DNA from: Rhodospirillales bacterium
GTDB lineage: Bacteria > Pseudomonadota > Alphaproteobacteria > Bin95
Direction of reading: 5' to 3'
Length of the DNA stretch: 64,000 nucleotides
Assembly (NCBI GenBank): GCA_038143065.1
Contig: JAYQLI010000035.1
Location: 224,001 to 288,000, forward strand
Under the pieces are notes generated by a model, which saw only the letters and a program-made list of their open reading frames with translations, was not told the DNA's origin and searched no databases. Positions 1-13,143 of this stretch are shown here, one piece after another (positions within the stretch are counted from its first letter, which is position 1; each line of letters starts with the position of its first letter). Position numbers and translations under genes: made by a program.

Positions 1-2
1 GG

Positions 3-1265
3 TTGCTATGGTCCCGATTAATGAAGAACGAGGGAGCTAACAATCCTAAGAGTCTTGCTTTACGAACGCATTGCCAGACAAGCGGTTGGAGTTTGGCGGC
101 ACAAGACGTTTACAACAATGTAGTGCGGACGTGCGTTGAGGCTATGGCAGCAACTCAAGGACACACTCAATCATTACACACAAATGCGTTAGATGAGGCA
201 TTAGCTCTTCCAACCGATTTTTCTGCGCGTATTGCTCGCAACACGCAGCTAGTTCTGCAACAGGAAAGTGGAACGACGCGCGTGATAGACCCCTGGGGTG
301 GATCCTATTATGTCGAGCGCCTGACTGCAGAAGTTGCAAAGAAAGCTTGGGCACACATTGAAGAGATTGAGGCAATGGGGGGAATGGCAAAAGCCATTGA
401 AGCAGGTCTGCCCAAACTGCGTATTGAAGAGGCTGCTGCAAAAACCCAAGCTCGTATTGATAGTGGTCGTCAGACTATTGTGGGTGTCAATAAATATCGG
501 CCAACCGATGACGCACAGGTTGACGTTCTTAAAGTTGACAATGCCAAGGTGCGTGAAGCTCAGATTGCAAGATTGAAGCGAATTTGGTCTGAACGGGACC
601 AGGCTGCAGCTCAGAGTGCAATGGATGCTCTTACCCGATCGGCAGAAAGTGGAGAAGGGAATCTACTTGAGCTGGCTGTAGACGCTGCACGCAAGCGTTG
701 CACAGTTGGAGAAATTTCCTATGCCCTTGAAAAGGTATGGGGAAGGCACGTTGCGGAGGTTAAAGCTGTGTCGGGAGTATATGCAGGAGAAATGGGAGAC
801 GATGCAGAGCTTGTCTCAAAAGTACGTGAGAAGGCAAATAATTTTGCCAAGGCGGATGGGCGACGGCCTCGAATTTTAATTTGTAAAATGGGTCAGGATG
901 GACATGATCGAGGGCAAAAGGTGATAGCCACAGCCTTCGCAGACCTTGGATTTGATGTTGATATTGGTCCTCTTTTTCAAACGCCAGAAGAAGCAGCTAG
1001 GCAGGCAGTCGAAAATGACGTGCATATTGTTGGAGCATCTTCTCTTGCTGCAGGGCATTTAACCTTAGCTCCAGCATTAATTGATTCTCTGAAACAAGAA
1101 GGCAGAGAAGATATTCTTGTGGTGATTGGTGGTGTCATTCCGGCCCAGGATTATGAAGCACTCAATAAAGCTGGAGTAGCGGCGATTTTTCCGCCCGGCA
1201 CTGTTATAGCAGAGGCTGCTGATGGACTTCTGGAACGACTAAACAAAGAGCTCGGTTATACGTAA
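3..1265 (+). CDS. scpA: Methylmalonyl-CoA mutase (B12-dependent), 5'-truncated by window edge
   Basis: [24 protein letters not shown] and B12-binding GQDGHDRG...GASSLAAGH motifs. Confidence 0.95.
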   Translation: MLWSRLMKNEGANNPKSLALRTHCQTSGWSLAAQDVYNNVVRTCVEAMAATQGHTQSLHTNALDEALALPTDFSARIARNTQLVLQQESGTTRVIDPWGGSYYVERLTAEVAKKAWAHIEEIEAMGGMAKAIEAGLPKLRIEEAAAKTQARIDSGRQTIVGVNKYRPTDDAQVDVLKVDNAKVREAQIARLKRIWSERDQAAAQSAMDALTRSAESGEGNLLELAVDAARKRCTVGEISYALEKVWGRHVAEVKAVSGVYAGEMGDDAELVSKVREKANNFAKADGRRPRILICKMGQDGHDRGQKVIATAFADLGFDVDIGPLFQTPEEAARQAVENDVHIVGASSLAAGHLTLAPALIDSLKQEGREDILVVIGGVIPAQDYEALNKAGVAAIFPPGTVIAEAADGLLERLNKELGYT

Positions 1266-1307
1266 AAAAAAAAAAAACGATGGTAACGTGGACCAGGATG
1301 GTTTTTT
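1264..1307. terminator. Probable bidirectional intrinsic terminator between convergent genes
   Basis: A14 tract, imperfect stem (left arm AAAAAACGATGGT vs right arm ACCAGGATGGTTTTTT), T6 tract; left arm may be mis-called. Confidence 0.45.
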
Positions 1308-1392
1308 AATCGCTTAGCGATGACCGTGAAGCCAAATTTTGTTTTACATAGCTGATCTGGATTGAGAGCACCAAGCAAGGGTTCGCCTTGGA

Positions 1393-3033
1393 TTATTTGA
1401 GCTTTTGAAGAAATTCGATCAAAGTTTTTCTCATCGCGGGATCCGGAATGCCACTGTATGCCATAGAAGTGCCAGGTACTGCTGTTCCGGGTGATTCAAG
1501 AAATTTGTCCAGTTTGCTAGGAGTCCAATTCCCATTGCTACTGTTCAGAGCAGGTGAATATTTAAAGTTTGATTGACTGCCAATGCGGCGCCCTACAATT
1601 CTCCATAGTGAGAGTTGGCCTTGTTGGGTTTTGCCTGGGTTGAAGATATGACAGGCATTACAATCTTCTACAATTTGCTTTACCGGATCAGCAAGTTGAG
1701 CCGTCAATAGATCTGCTTGGGAAGGCGCTTCCAGCCTTTTTATGTAAATTAATTTTCCCGTATCAGTCCATAGAACTATGGTTCCGTTTCTAAGCTGAAT
1801 TATGTCTCTTATTCGCTCTCCAATGGGTATTGGAGAAGCGTACATAGGTCGATTGCCGTCAAGGCGGATACGGTAAAGCGTTTCTCCTTTAAGACTGGAA
1901 ACTAATAAGTCGCCGTCCCAAAGCGGAGCAAAATTAGTGACCTCAATCAGGTTACTAATCCCTATCGATGGCAGAAAAGCCCAACGTGGTTTTCTAAATT
2001 CGTGATGTCTACCTTCTACTTGCCAATCGCAGCCATTGCAGTCTTTACCTAGCGTCACCTTCGGCCAACCATAATCGACGCCTGAAAAAATTTGATTGAT
2101 TTCATCACCACCTGTAGGCCCATGCTCAGTCAGCCAAATTTCGCCATTTCGTCTCAGCACTAGGCCTTGAGGATTGCGGTGACCAATCGTGTAATTTTTT
2201 GAATTTGTCTGGAGTTAACATCAATAAGATGTGTTTTCCCATAGGTATTATTTAGGTCGGCTGTGGTAATGCTGCGCTTATCTCCATCATTTTTGAAGTC
2301 ACCGACCGTTACAAGGACCTTACCGTTACTAAGTTCAACCATCCTTCCACCAGCCTGGTGACCTGCAAATGGCTTGTTTTTTTGTGGTCCAAGCTTAAGG
2401 CATGGAGTTGTTTTAAATATTTCTTGCCATTCGCCGACGGTAGGAAGGTCTTTGTTTTGCTGCAAGGTTGCAATTGAAAATATTAATTCAGCACAAGCGC
2501 TCTCATCATTCCAGTGGGTATAAGAAGCCATAACTCGGTTCGTGTCTTCAAGAAAAAGCAAATCGTGGACACGCATTCCAAGGCCAGCATAGCCTACATT
2601 GGTACCTGGCTTAACGGCATACCCACGTGCTCTGGCCTCGCGCTCAAAACCCTCCTGATTAATGTCTATGAAGATATCCGTTTGTTGTAGGCCTGGCTGA
2701 TCATTTTCAGCTTCATTTAAGAAAAAATCGTCCACTTCTTTCAGCTATTAAAATACCTTTTGCAATTTCTGCTATTGCTCCACCCCCGCTTTTTAGGCCC
2801 TGTCCCATTGCTGCCAATGCCATATCGCGGCGGGAGAGGGTGTAGAAATTTGTTTCAATTGAGTTTTTGGAAACAATTGACTGTGTTTTTGTTATTATTG
2901 GGTTGTATTTGACTAAAGAACGAAGTTTTTCAGGAGTTATCATTCCTGAATGCAGCGCTATGAAAAGGGCTACCAAAGCTAGAACAGCGAATGCACCGAT
3001 TGCACTGGTGGCATATAACAGCCTCTTTGCCAA
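1393..3033 (-). CDS. Membrane-anchored PQQ-dependent glucose/sorbosone dehydrogenase-family protein fused to a C-terminal c-type cytochrome (split by 2 indels)
   Basis: Three consecutive ORFs (2713-3033, 2160-2735, 1393-2160): N-terminal TM helix; GHQAGGRM, TEHGPTGGDEIN, DYGWP, GERIRD propeller motifs; CNACH heme motif and PGTSMAY axial Met. Confidence 0.8.
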
Positions 3034-3223
3034 ATTAAGTGCCCTTTCGTATTTTATCGTTGAGCATCAAGGCAGTGCGGGGGATGCCAACGAGTTGTTT
3101 AATGATTTTTATATACAGTTCGAGTAATTAGACAAAAATTTTGTCTCGTAGATAGTAGGACATGCTTCTACTAAAAGTTGTTTGATCTTTTTGTGCATTT
3201 AGTGGAGTTACCAGACCATTTAA

Positions 3224-4103
3224 CTAAACTGGCCGTGTTCCTTTTACCACCGTTCGGTGCAGAATACGCGGATGAAGGCTCATATCATAATTCCTGTCGG
3301 CTCTATGCAGCAGGACACGATTATCCCAAAGGGTTAGATCACCTTTCTTCCATCGATGGCGGTATACAAAACGATCTGCCGTAGCTCTTGTCAGTAGTTT
3401 ATCAAGCCAAATTCGACCTTTTTCGTGATTTTGATTCTTAATGTGGCTTATGTGGGTTCCCAACACAACGACTTCTTCCCATTCTCGTGCGTGCGAACGA
3501 GAGGATGGGACACTGGGGGTCGTTCCTTTTTCTGTTCCTCAGTGGCTGGTCGATTGCCAGTGTTGCGTCGGCTGGCCTCCCATGAATGTATGGCGTGCAT
3601 GCTAGAAGCCTGATCTTTTTCGGAGGATGACAGCGATTCATACGCCAATAGCATATTGGCGAAGAGGGTATCTCCACCGTCGGGAGGAAGTTGTATTGCG
3701 TGGAGCATTGTAAGTAATGACGGAATGGCATGATAAGATTTATCGGTATGCCAAAAATAATTGCCATCACTAGCTGGTTTTAACGTAGGTTTCCCAGTGA
3801 CCTCATCAAGATTTGTAACCGTGTGTACCAAAGGGTAGCGTTCGCCGGATTTTAGCTCACCAACATGCCCTTCAATCTCACCAAAATTAAGGGTGAAATT
3901 GTATTGAGCTTCCTTAGTCAGGTCTTGGTTTCGAAAACATAGGACATGAAATTCTTCCATTGCATGCAGGATACCAGCTCTTAGCTCTGGTGATAGAGCC
4001 TTTGAAAGGTCAAGTCCTTCAATTTCTGCACCTGCAACATTAGACAGTCGAGTGATTTTGAATGGGATGTAACAGATGATAGGTTCAAGTTTTCTTCATT
4101 CAT
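3224..4103 (-). CDS. TauD/TfdA family Fe(II)/2-oxoglutarate dioxygenase (split by indels)
   Basis: N-terminal LSNVAGAEIEGLDLS read manually upstream of 3960; WHTDKSY, GGDTLFAN, HPLVRTH, WDNRVLLH..R motifs. Confidence 0.85.
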
Positions 4104-4214
4104 TTCCAGCACTCTAAAAATTTATTTATACTAGTAGTGCTTGTTTGAGCTTCACAATAGTGGCGATCCCTCTTATCAAATCTCTCAATAAAAATTTTTG
4201 ATTAACACAAATAA

Positions 4215-5253
<1,039 letters not shown>

Positions 5254-5254
<1 letters not shown>

Positions 5255-6421
5255 TGGTGATTCCGTACGGTCGGCAGGATATTCGGCAAGAGGATTTGTC
5301 GGCCGTTCTCGAGGTGCTGCAATCAGATTTTCTGACTCAAGGCCCTACAGTGCCTCGGTTTGAAGAAGCTGTAGCTTCATATTGCAATGCGCGTCGGTCT
5401 CTTGCAATGAACAGCGCTACATCCGCTTTGCATATTTCGCTTTTAGCGTTAGGTGTTGGTCCTGGCGATTGGGTATGGACATCCCCGAATACCTTTGTTG
5501 CGTCATCAAATGCTGCACTATATTGCGGCGCTAGTGTTGATTTTGTGGATATCGACCCTGATACCTTCAATATGTCAGTCAGTATTTTGGAGAATAGACT
5601 GGCTGAAGCTCAGAAAAATGGAAAGCTGCCCAAGGTAGTAGTGCCAGTCCACCTGGCAGGGCAATCTTGCGACATGCTCGGTATCCATAAATTAGCTAAA
5701 CGTTATGGTTTTAAGATTGTCGAAGATGCCTCTCACGCTATCGGAGGACAATATTTAGGACTTCCAATTGGTAACTGCATATACAGCGATATAACAGTAT
5801 TTAGTTTTCATCCTGTTAAAATCATTACTTCAGCCGAAGGTGGAATGGCGTTAACTAATGATGATGCCTTAGCAGATAAAATGAATTTACTTAGAAGCCA
5901 TGGAATCACTCGAGATCCTGCTCTGATGTCTCATAGCCCAGATGGTCCATGGTACTATCAGCAAGTTGCCTTGGGATATAATTATCGGATGTCAGACCTG
6001 CACGCGGCACTTGGTTTGAGTCAAATGGCGCGGCTTAATGAGTATGTAGACAAGCGGCATAAGATAGCGGATTTGTATAATAAGGAATTAGAGACTTTGC
6101 CGTTGGAGCTTCCGTTCCAAGAAAGCTATAGCCGTTCTTCATACCATCTTTACATCATTCGATTGCAACGGGATAAAATTGCTCCACTGACCCATAACCA
6201 GGTTTTTGAAAAGTTTGCGAGATCAAGGTATTTTAGTGAACATTCATTATATTCCTGTGCATATGCAGCCTCAATATCGCGCAATGGGTTTCAAGTGGGG
6301 GGATTTTCCTAATGCTGAAGCCTACTATCGATCGGCTATTTCTTTACCGATGTTTCCAACCCTCAACGAGACAGACCAAAAATATGTTATTAGTAGTCTT
6401 CAAGAAATTTTAAAAAATTGA
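5254..6421 (+). CDS. pseC: UDP-4-amino-4,6-dideoxy-N-acetyl-beta-L-altrosamine transaminase (1 indel near 6207)
   Basis: IPYGRQ start overlapping pseB stop, FLTQGP, EDASHA, FSFHPVKIIT (PLP Lys), LGYNYRM, VNIHYIPVH. Confidence 0.92.
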
Positions 6422-6515
6422 GAATTCTATCTAACGTAACAAGAAATCTTAATAAATTTTATGCTTATTCGGCGCGTTAAATAAAAATAATGGACAGTTT
6501 TCTTGAAAAGTATTC

Positions 6516-7829
6516 TCACGGATGTATGTGAAATTGGCCGTCGCCGATTTTATGTACTTTGGGCATCGATACCTCATCAAGCATCGAGGTCAGGGTTTGA
6601 AGTCGCGCTTCTACGTCACTGTTTTCAATTGGAGGAAAAATTCTCTTTTGAAATTTGCTGGGCCTCCATTTGCGACGGAACATAAATCCAGGTTTCCAGT
6701 CTGATAGTTCTTTCGGGGGAGTTTGTGTCAAAGCGAGTGAGACACAAAGTTTGCAATCCTTTCAGCAGCTAACTGGCCAGATTGAGCTGCAAAAAAATTT
6801 CTCAAACACTTTACGCGTATCTTTATTGGAAAGATTGCTATCTCCTCCTGATATAATCACCCTTGCAGCCTCGATAACCTGGTCTTCGCTTTTGGCGCTT
6901 ACGCTTAACGCACTAGACAGAAAGTATGTGTGCATAGAAGAAGGTGAAGTTTCGAAACATATTGCAGGTTGCCCGAGAGCAAACGCTTCCGTAGCAGTGG
7001 TACAACTCGTGTGGACCAGTACTTCAGATGCGGTTAGCCAAGCTGCGGCTGGACCTTCCCTAATTATCTTAATTCGTGGCAAGCCTTGCAGTTCTTGTAA
7101 ATAAGGCTCAATTTTTCCGTTGGATGGGGGCGCAAGACAATAGTATGTTCTGGAAACTCTATTGCTAGCCTTCGAGCTAGATGGGGCGCTGCGGAAAAGT
7201 TAGCCTCTTCGAAAGATTGAAGATCATTAACAAATTTTCGGTCTTCTTCAATTTTTAAGTTTATGCGTCCATCCCGGCTAAGTGCACGTATAAGTCCCGT
7301 CGCGGTATTTTTTGCCGAATTTACAAGGCCAATATTGGTATTGATTAATATTATTCGACCATGTTCGGACCTGATTTTTGCAGCGTCGTCTGCATATAAT
7401 TTCCGTAACTCAGGACGTAGGAAATCCCAACGTGGGTTGCCTGTTATGTGAAGTTTTTCTTGATGATTGGGATAAGATCAATCATGGACGAAACATGCTG
7501 ATCGCCGAGGCAGAATATAGCCTCAGAAGCTTCAACGGACCTTTTATCTACCCATCTTAGTCTCTTGCAACCTTCCCTAATCCAGGCATCTCTTCATCAA
7601 TCGCGCCAATTCTGTGGCCTAACTTTTTAATTCTGTGCATTGCCTTAGCATCGCCAGGCGTCAACGTTTTAAAAATCCAGAAACCTTAGGCAGCCAGCGC
7701 GCATTCTTCTGGAGCAACCATTTTTGGCCAATTATAACTTCTAATCCCGCCTTGTTAGCGAACAGTGTTATCAGCAACCTAGAATCCAGCTCGAGAGGCT
7801 ATTTCCATAGGCATATAGAGAAAGTTCAT
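6516..7829 (-). CDS. Surface carbohydrate biosynthesis protein, GT-B-like (multiple indels)
   Basis: Manual translation from 7829 gives MNFLYMPMEIASRELDSRLLITLFANKAGLEVIIGQKW; later GAIDEE, TGNPRWD, IVLRPHPTE, LVHTSCTTATEA. Confidence 0.7.
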
Positions 7830-7929
7830 TGAAATCCTTTTGGATCGTATAGAAGTTCAGGTCTGCAGTTTTGTTGGTAAGAGCCGCGTTGAGTTTGTTA
7901 GATAGATGCCACTTTTTTTTTAAAAAGTA

Positions 7930-8334
7930 TTAAGCGTCCCCAATTCTCTCCCAGAACATTTCTCGATGCTCTAAAATTCCATCCTTCTCTCGTGGAGGGG
8001 GTTCGAGCACTAGAAGCTTACCATCCATCCTTACTTTCCGAATTTGGTCAGTGCCAAATCGGTTTGGATCAGAGCAAGCGTCCACTCGTGTCACTAAGGT
8101 GCTGCCATCAAAGGAAAAGGTGCCACAGTAAGAAGTGTATTCCCTCTCTCCTGTACCCGGTATTTCCGAACGGCTATCACACAGAACAGATACCATCCTT
8201 CCGTCTTTGCGGAGCGCTAGTAAAGCCATTGCGCCCCTCCCCCATAAGGAGGAGGTCTCAGGTTGCCCGAAGGGTCCTTTGTTATACCCTTAATCAAACG
8301 CCAGGTTCCATATACCTCGGTTTTTTTCAATCAT
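7930..8334 (-). CDS. Lipocalin-like domain protein (indels near 5' end)
   Basis: Manual N-terminus EVYGTWRLI...PPPYG joined to DGRM...YTSYCGTF...DQIR...WER. Confidence 0.7.
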
Positions 8335-8652
8335 CTCTGCTACCCTAATATTCCTAAGATTAGATCATCTATCTGGTAAAAAGCTAAGCAACTAAATTAC
8401 AAAGAATGCTTGGAAGTGTTTTTATCAAGGTCTTTTTCGGTTTATAGACTTTCTAATTTATGGTTGGGTTGAAAAACGTATTGTGACGGTACCATAAATT
8501 TCTAAAAGTTGACTATTAAGCGGCATGGTGTTTTTTATTTTTTGTTGACCCTGAAAGTGTTCATATTCTTGCAGCTACATTTATCCCATTTTTGGGATAT
8601 CAATGGAAAATAGCTTCTAAATATCGAATATTCTTTACTTGAGAGCCATTGG

Positions 8653-9339
8653 ATGAAGCCTGTTTGTATAATTCCTGCTCGGGGTGGTTCAAAACGAATA
8701 CCGAGAAAGAATATAACTCCATTTCATGGTCGTCCCATGATCGGTTGGTCTATTAGTGCCGCACTTGAAGCGGAAATTTTTGCTCGGATTATTGTTTCCA
8801 CTGACGACGAAGAGATTGCAGAAATTGCTCTTCGTGAAGGAGCGGAGGTTCCGTTCCTGCGCCCTACTTCTTTATCGGATGATTTGACTCCCACTGTTCC
8901 TGTAATTGCCCATGCGATACAAGCACTTTCAATTACAGAAGATGTGGCAGTTTGTTGTCTTTATGCTACTGCCCTTTCGCAATTATAGAAGATATACGTG
9001 CTGGCGTATTCGCTTTTAGATGGTAAAGGTTACGTAGTCTCTGTTACTAGTTACCCCTTTCCAATCCAGCGGGCTTTGCGCAAAAGCAGTGTTGGACAAA
9101 TCGAGATGCTGCATCCTCATCATATGACAACCCGATCTCAAGACTTGGAAGAGATGTGGCATGATGCGGGCCAGTTTTACTGGGCATCTGCGTCTACTTG
9201 GTCAGAAGGTAGGCCAATATTTGGAGCTGGAACAAAAGGATTAGAACTTCCTAGATTTAGAGTGCAAGACATAGACTCATGGGAAGATTGGAAGCGAGCG
9301 GAAGTTTTATTCTCAGCTATCAAGAACCCAGGAGGATAA
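8653..9339 (+). CDS. pseF: Pseudaminic acid cytidylyltransferase (indel near 8975)
   Basis: IIPARGGSKRIPRKNI, VSTDD, EVPFLRP, CCLYATA, RSQDLEE, HDAGQFYW, VQDID. Confidence 0.9.
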
Positions 9340-9495
9340 ATATTCTTTATTTGCTCAATAAAAGTTCAGCTGCATTAACGTTATTTAGGTACAATCAACC
9401 CTAAAGGGCAGCAAGAAAAGAGCAGGTTCGGCTTGTACGCAAAAAATGCATACACAACTATGAGTGCAGCGTATAAGTTAATGTTTGAAAAAGTT

Positions 9496-10544
9496 TTAGT
9501 TTGTATCCAGTACCGAAAAAGATACTGGTTCGCCAAATTTTACGTCCGTTGTTAATTTCATTCCTAAAACAGTGTCTAAGTACTTTGGTGGCAAGCCGTA
9601 ACCTGGCCTGATGCGTCGGATATCGGAATTTGTGATTACATGACCTTTGCTGAGATTTTTTCACAAAATATAGAGAGCGTCGGAATACCATATTTTGCTT
9701 TTCTGAGGAGGCGCGGTTTAAACCAGCTTGTCCTTTAGCAGTCCAAGCTTGATTGCACTCATTAACCAAATTCTTGAGTTCATCTTCAGTTAAAGAGAAA
9801 CTAGCATCTGGACCGCATTCCAGCTCATCGAGTTTGAAATGTTTTTCGATGGCAACAGCCCCTAACCCAATTGCTGTTAGGCAGCAGCAATGTTGTTGGT
9901 AGTGTGATCTGACAATCCAACCTGGACATTAAATGTATCCCTCAGCCAACTAATATTTTGTAAATTAGACTCTTCGGTAATAGTTGGATAACTACTGATA
10001 CAATGGAATAACAATAACTCAGCGTCTGTAACCTCGCGAACTACATCAACTGCTTGCTGTACTTCCTCTTTTGATGCCATGCCGGTAGACATTAATATGG
10101 GTTTATTTTTCTTTGCGATGTATCTGATCAGAGGAAGGTCAATGATTTCAAAAGAGGCTATTTTATAAGCGGGAGTATTAAGTGACTCGAGCAGGTCTAC
10201 TGCCGTTTCATCAAACGGCGTGGAGAAAATTGTTATCCCATGCTCGGATGCGGTTTTGAATAAATCCTCGTGCCACTCAAAAGGTGTATGAGCTTCTGTA
10301 TATAAATCATAGAGGGAACGATTAGCCCAAAGTCCTTCTTTTTCACTAAAAAATCAGGTAGTGCGCAGTTAAGAGTCATCGTGTCTGGCGTGTAGGTTTG
10401 AATCTTGACGGCTGAGGCACCAGATTTTGCGGCTACTTTGATAGAGTTTTTTGCTCTATCCAAATCCCCGCCGTGGTTAGCTGATAATTCGGCGATAATA
10501 TATGGCTTATTGTCCCTATTAATAACTCTATTATTTATTTTCAT
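9496..10544 (-). CDS. pseI: Pseudaminic acid synthase (NeuB family; several indels)
   Basis: IIAELSANHGG, KIQTYTPDTMT, AHTP, YKIASFE, STGMA, HCISSYP, GLSDHT, IEKHF, RRSLY, IRPGYGL (SAF domain). Confidence 0.9.
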
Positions 10545-10985
10545 TTAACGACTCGAGATTTGATGCTCTAGTTTAAAACTAATTTGAGTTGCGGAATTTG
10601 TAATTCCTTGAATATCTCAATCAGTTTTTGGTTTTTTGATGACACGTTTAGATAAAGTAGCTTGGTATTTCAGAAGGTATTGGAGGACGCGGGGAAAAAT
10701 TTAGATTTATGAAATCAATGCATTCTTTAACGAGTATTATATTCGGATTTTCGACATTTAGTCCGATTGAGTTATCATTTTTGATATAAAGAGTTCCTAA
10801 GTATTTGTTTTCTAACCTGATTAAGAACCACGCAAGATAGGAATGGTTTTTTACAAACAAGGTATGATCGTCAAACGATGGTAAATTTACATGGCTGATA
10901 GAATGTTCTCTTGTTTTTAACAAATCATAAAAAGGATTTGGATTTGATCTTCGGTGCCATGGATGGACTCAAATTTGTAGGTCAT
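10545..10985 (-). CDS. Small GNAT-like/hypothetical protein co-oriented with pseI (indels; 3' end approximate)
   Basis: Joined translation MTYKFESIHGTEDQIQILYDLLKTREHSISH...WFLI...LGTLYI..DNSIG...NVSSKNQKL; layout suggests an acyltransferase fold. Confidence 0.5.
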
Positions 10986-10989
10986 GATG

Positions 10990-11634
10990 TTAACTGAGTT
11001 TTCGTTCTATCTTTAAAATATATTCAGCTCCATCGTATTCAAAAAATGCGGGCCAGTCTGAATTGTTACAAACTCTATTTTAGCAAGTTGAACTGTTCTC
11101 TTATAGATTTATCGAAATCCAAGCGCGAGTCATCTGGTTTTCTCCTCCTGTAAAACGATGGGCAGCCTAATTCTGTTTTATTGCTTCACAGTTCGGATAT
11201 TTTTCCAGAAATTGAGAAATCAAATCGAAAGTAGCTGCCGCTTGTTTTAGATCTCAACTCCTCATAAAGCTCCTTACCATCGAGCTGAATATTGCTTCGT
11301 AGATAAACATTCCCTTCATCAACCTTTTCTGCAACTTCAAGCAAACAAATTGGAATTGTGTTTTTACCCTCCAATATCTGCCATTGCATTGGAGCAAATC
11401 CACGGCCTTCAGGTAAGTTGGCTAGAATGAACAACTAAAAGAAGTTTATTTAATTTAGAATTTCACCCTTTAATATCCTTGTGTAACCAAGAACAAATAC
11501 TAAATCAAAATCCCGGACATCTTCTTCTTCATAGCATTTTTTAATATGAAATTTATGATTTGTATTGAGATGTGCAGGAAAGTGGTTGCAATCCAATTAT
11601 TTTTTTTATCAAATAAAAAAGCTATTTTTATCAT
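10990..11634 (-). CDS. N-formyltransferase (Fmt-like sugar formyltransferase; several indels)
   Basis: Joined translation MIKIAFLFD...VLGYTRIL...VVH.SNLPEGRGFAPMQWQILEG...VDEG...FYRRRKPDDS...NSDWPAFF. Confidence 0.8.
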
Positions 11635-11692
11635 GAAATCATTCCCTTTGTGTAAAGGCAATATCAATCAATTCGGGAGTCGTCAGCGGTCC

Positions 11693-11784
11693 TGGCGGAG
11701 GGAGAGGGATTCTGAACCCTCGATACGCTATTAACGTATACACGCTTTCCAAGCGTGCGCCTTCAGCCGCTCGGCCACCCCTCC
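11693..11784 (-). tRNA. tRNA-Ser(GGA)
   Basis: GGAGGGGTGGCCGAGCGGCTGAAGGCGCACGCTTGGAAAGCGTG, long variable arm, ends TCCCTCCGCCA; one extra A in the T-loop is a likely read error. Confidence 0.95.
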
Positions 11785-11802
11785 TAGTCCGTATTAAACG
11801 GA

Positions 11803-11876
<74 letters not shown>

Positions 11877-11913
11877 TTAATAGGTCTTCGACTTCGATGA
11901 ATTTAGTCGGAGA

Positions 11914-11948
11914 GCGCGGAACATGCCAAAGGCGTTTGTTTTACGCAA
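11914..11948 (-). promoter_or_regulatory. Sigma70-type promoter of the tRNA pair
   Basis: TTGCGT-N17-CATGTT followed by GC-rich discriminator CCGCGC. Confidence 0.5.
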
Positions 11949-11964
11949 GTACCTCAATATTCAA

Positions 11965-13143
11965 TTATTCTTTTCCAAGCGCGGCATAAAGACCGCGTTC
12001 GAATGAATCATATACTTGCAATATTTCAGGATCAGCAAAGGGTAATAATTGAAAGAAAATGCTGCCAGCTATCCCGCTGGCTCTATCAACCCAGAAGTAG
12101 CTATTACGTAGTCCAGCCCATGACAAAGAGCCCGCCCGTCTTCGACCTTCTAGGTCCTGCTGGTTAATCATAAAGGATAAACCCCACTTTTTTGTTACTT
12201 CTGGAAAGAAGTCAAATGCGTTCGTTAATTCTGGGCGCGTAGTGGGTAACCCAGTCATAACGAGATCACCGATGTGATTTTTGCACATCAAATCAATGGT
12301 TTGAGGTTTTAGAATTTGAATTCCGTCTAAAGAACCGTTGTTAAGGAGCATACGCATAAAGCGGCCGTAATCTTCCGCCGATCCAAACATTCCTCCCCCG
12401 CCAGTATATGCAGCGCCTGCTATTCGTGGGTGCTCAAAGTCAACGGGCTGTATAGTTCTATCTTGGGTGCGTTGGTGAACGCCAACCATTCGTGAGCGCT
12501 GAGCATCAGTTGGTACAAAGCCTGTTGATGTCATTTCTAGGGGGTTCAAGACATTCTCTTGAAGATAGGCATCGAGAGTTTGTCCTGTTACAGCCTCTAA
12601 TACTTTACCAGCCCAATCTATATTTATTCCATATTCCCAGCGCTCTCCTGGATCAAAACCCAATGGTGGGCAGGAGTCAGGATTGTTATAAAAATTGCTC
12701 CTACCAATACCGGTGGAAAGCATCCATTGGTTCATGCCCGAGTTCCACTGCTCATAAACAAACCCAGCAGTGTGCGTTAAAAGGCGCCTTAAAGTTATCT
12801 TACCGTTAGCTGGCCGCGTAACTGCTTTTCCATCCTTATCAAAATTAACGAGGACTTTTGGATCAGCTAACGCGGGCACAAAAGCTCCACAGTCATCATC
12901 CAAGTCAATGGCACCCTGCTCCACAAGTTGCATACACCCTGTACCGGTGATTGCCTTAGTCATTGAATGAAGTTGAAAAATGGCATCAGCACGGATTTCA
13001 TCATTGCGATCAATTCTTGTAGGGCCAAACGCGCCTGTGTAAATCACTTCATTTTGATCGACTGCAATTGCAGCGACAGGCGGTACCTGGCCACTTTCGA
13101 CAGCTTCTGAAAGAATCGTATCAAGCGAATTAGAAATACTCAT
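11965..13143 (-). CDS. Serine hydrolase, beta-lactamase/family VIII esterase
   Basis: SMTK, LLTHTAG, PGERWEYG, GGGG, WAGLRNSYFWVD. Confidence 0.85.
   Translation of the reverse strand: MSISNSLDTILSEAVESGQVPPVAAIAVDQNEVIYTGAFGPTRIDRNDEIRADAIFQLHSMTKAITGTGCMQLVEQGAIDLDDDCGAFVPALADPKVLVNFDKDGKAVTRPANGKITLRRLLTHTAGFVYEQWNSGMNQWMLSTGIGRSNFYNNPDSCPPLGFDPGERWEYGINIDWAGKVLEAVTGQTLDAYLQENVLNPLEMTSTGFVPTDAQRSRMVGVHQRTQDRTIQPVDFEHPRIAGAAYTGGGGMFGSAEDYGRFMRMLLNNGSLDGIQILKPQTIDLMCKNHIGDLVMTGLPTTRPELTNAFDFFPEVTKKWGLSFMINQQDLEGRRRAGSLSWAGLRNSYFWVDRASGIAGSIFFQLLPFADPEILQVYDSFERGLYAALGKE

Noticed and set aside
1264-1277. A14 tract as phase-variable or retro-element signature
   Set aside because: Intergenic, part of a probable terminator between convergent genes; homopolymer length unreliable
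11693-11715. tRNA-Ser 3' end as attL/attR of an integrative element
   Set aside because: No second copy seen by eye and no integrase in the window
11709-11720. Non-canonical T-loop (GTTCAGAATC) in tRNA-Ser
   Set aside because: Single extra base consistent with the window-wide indel error
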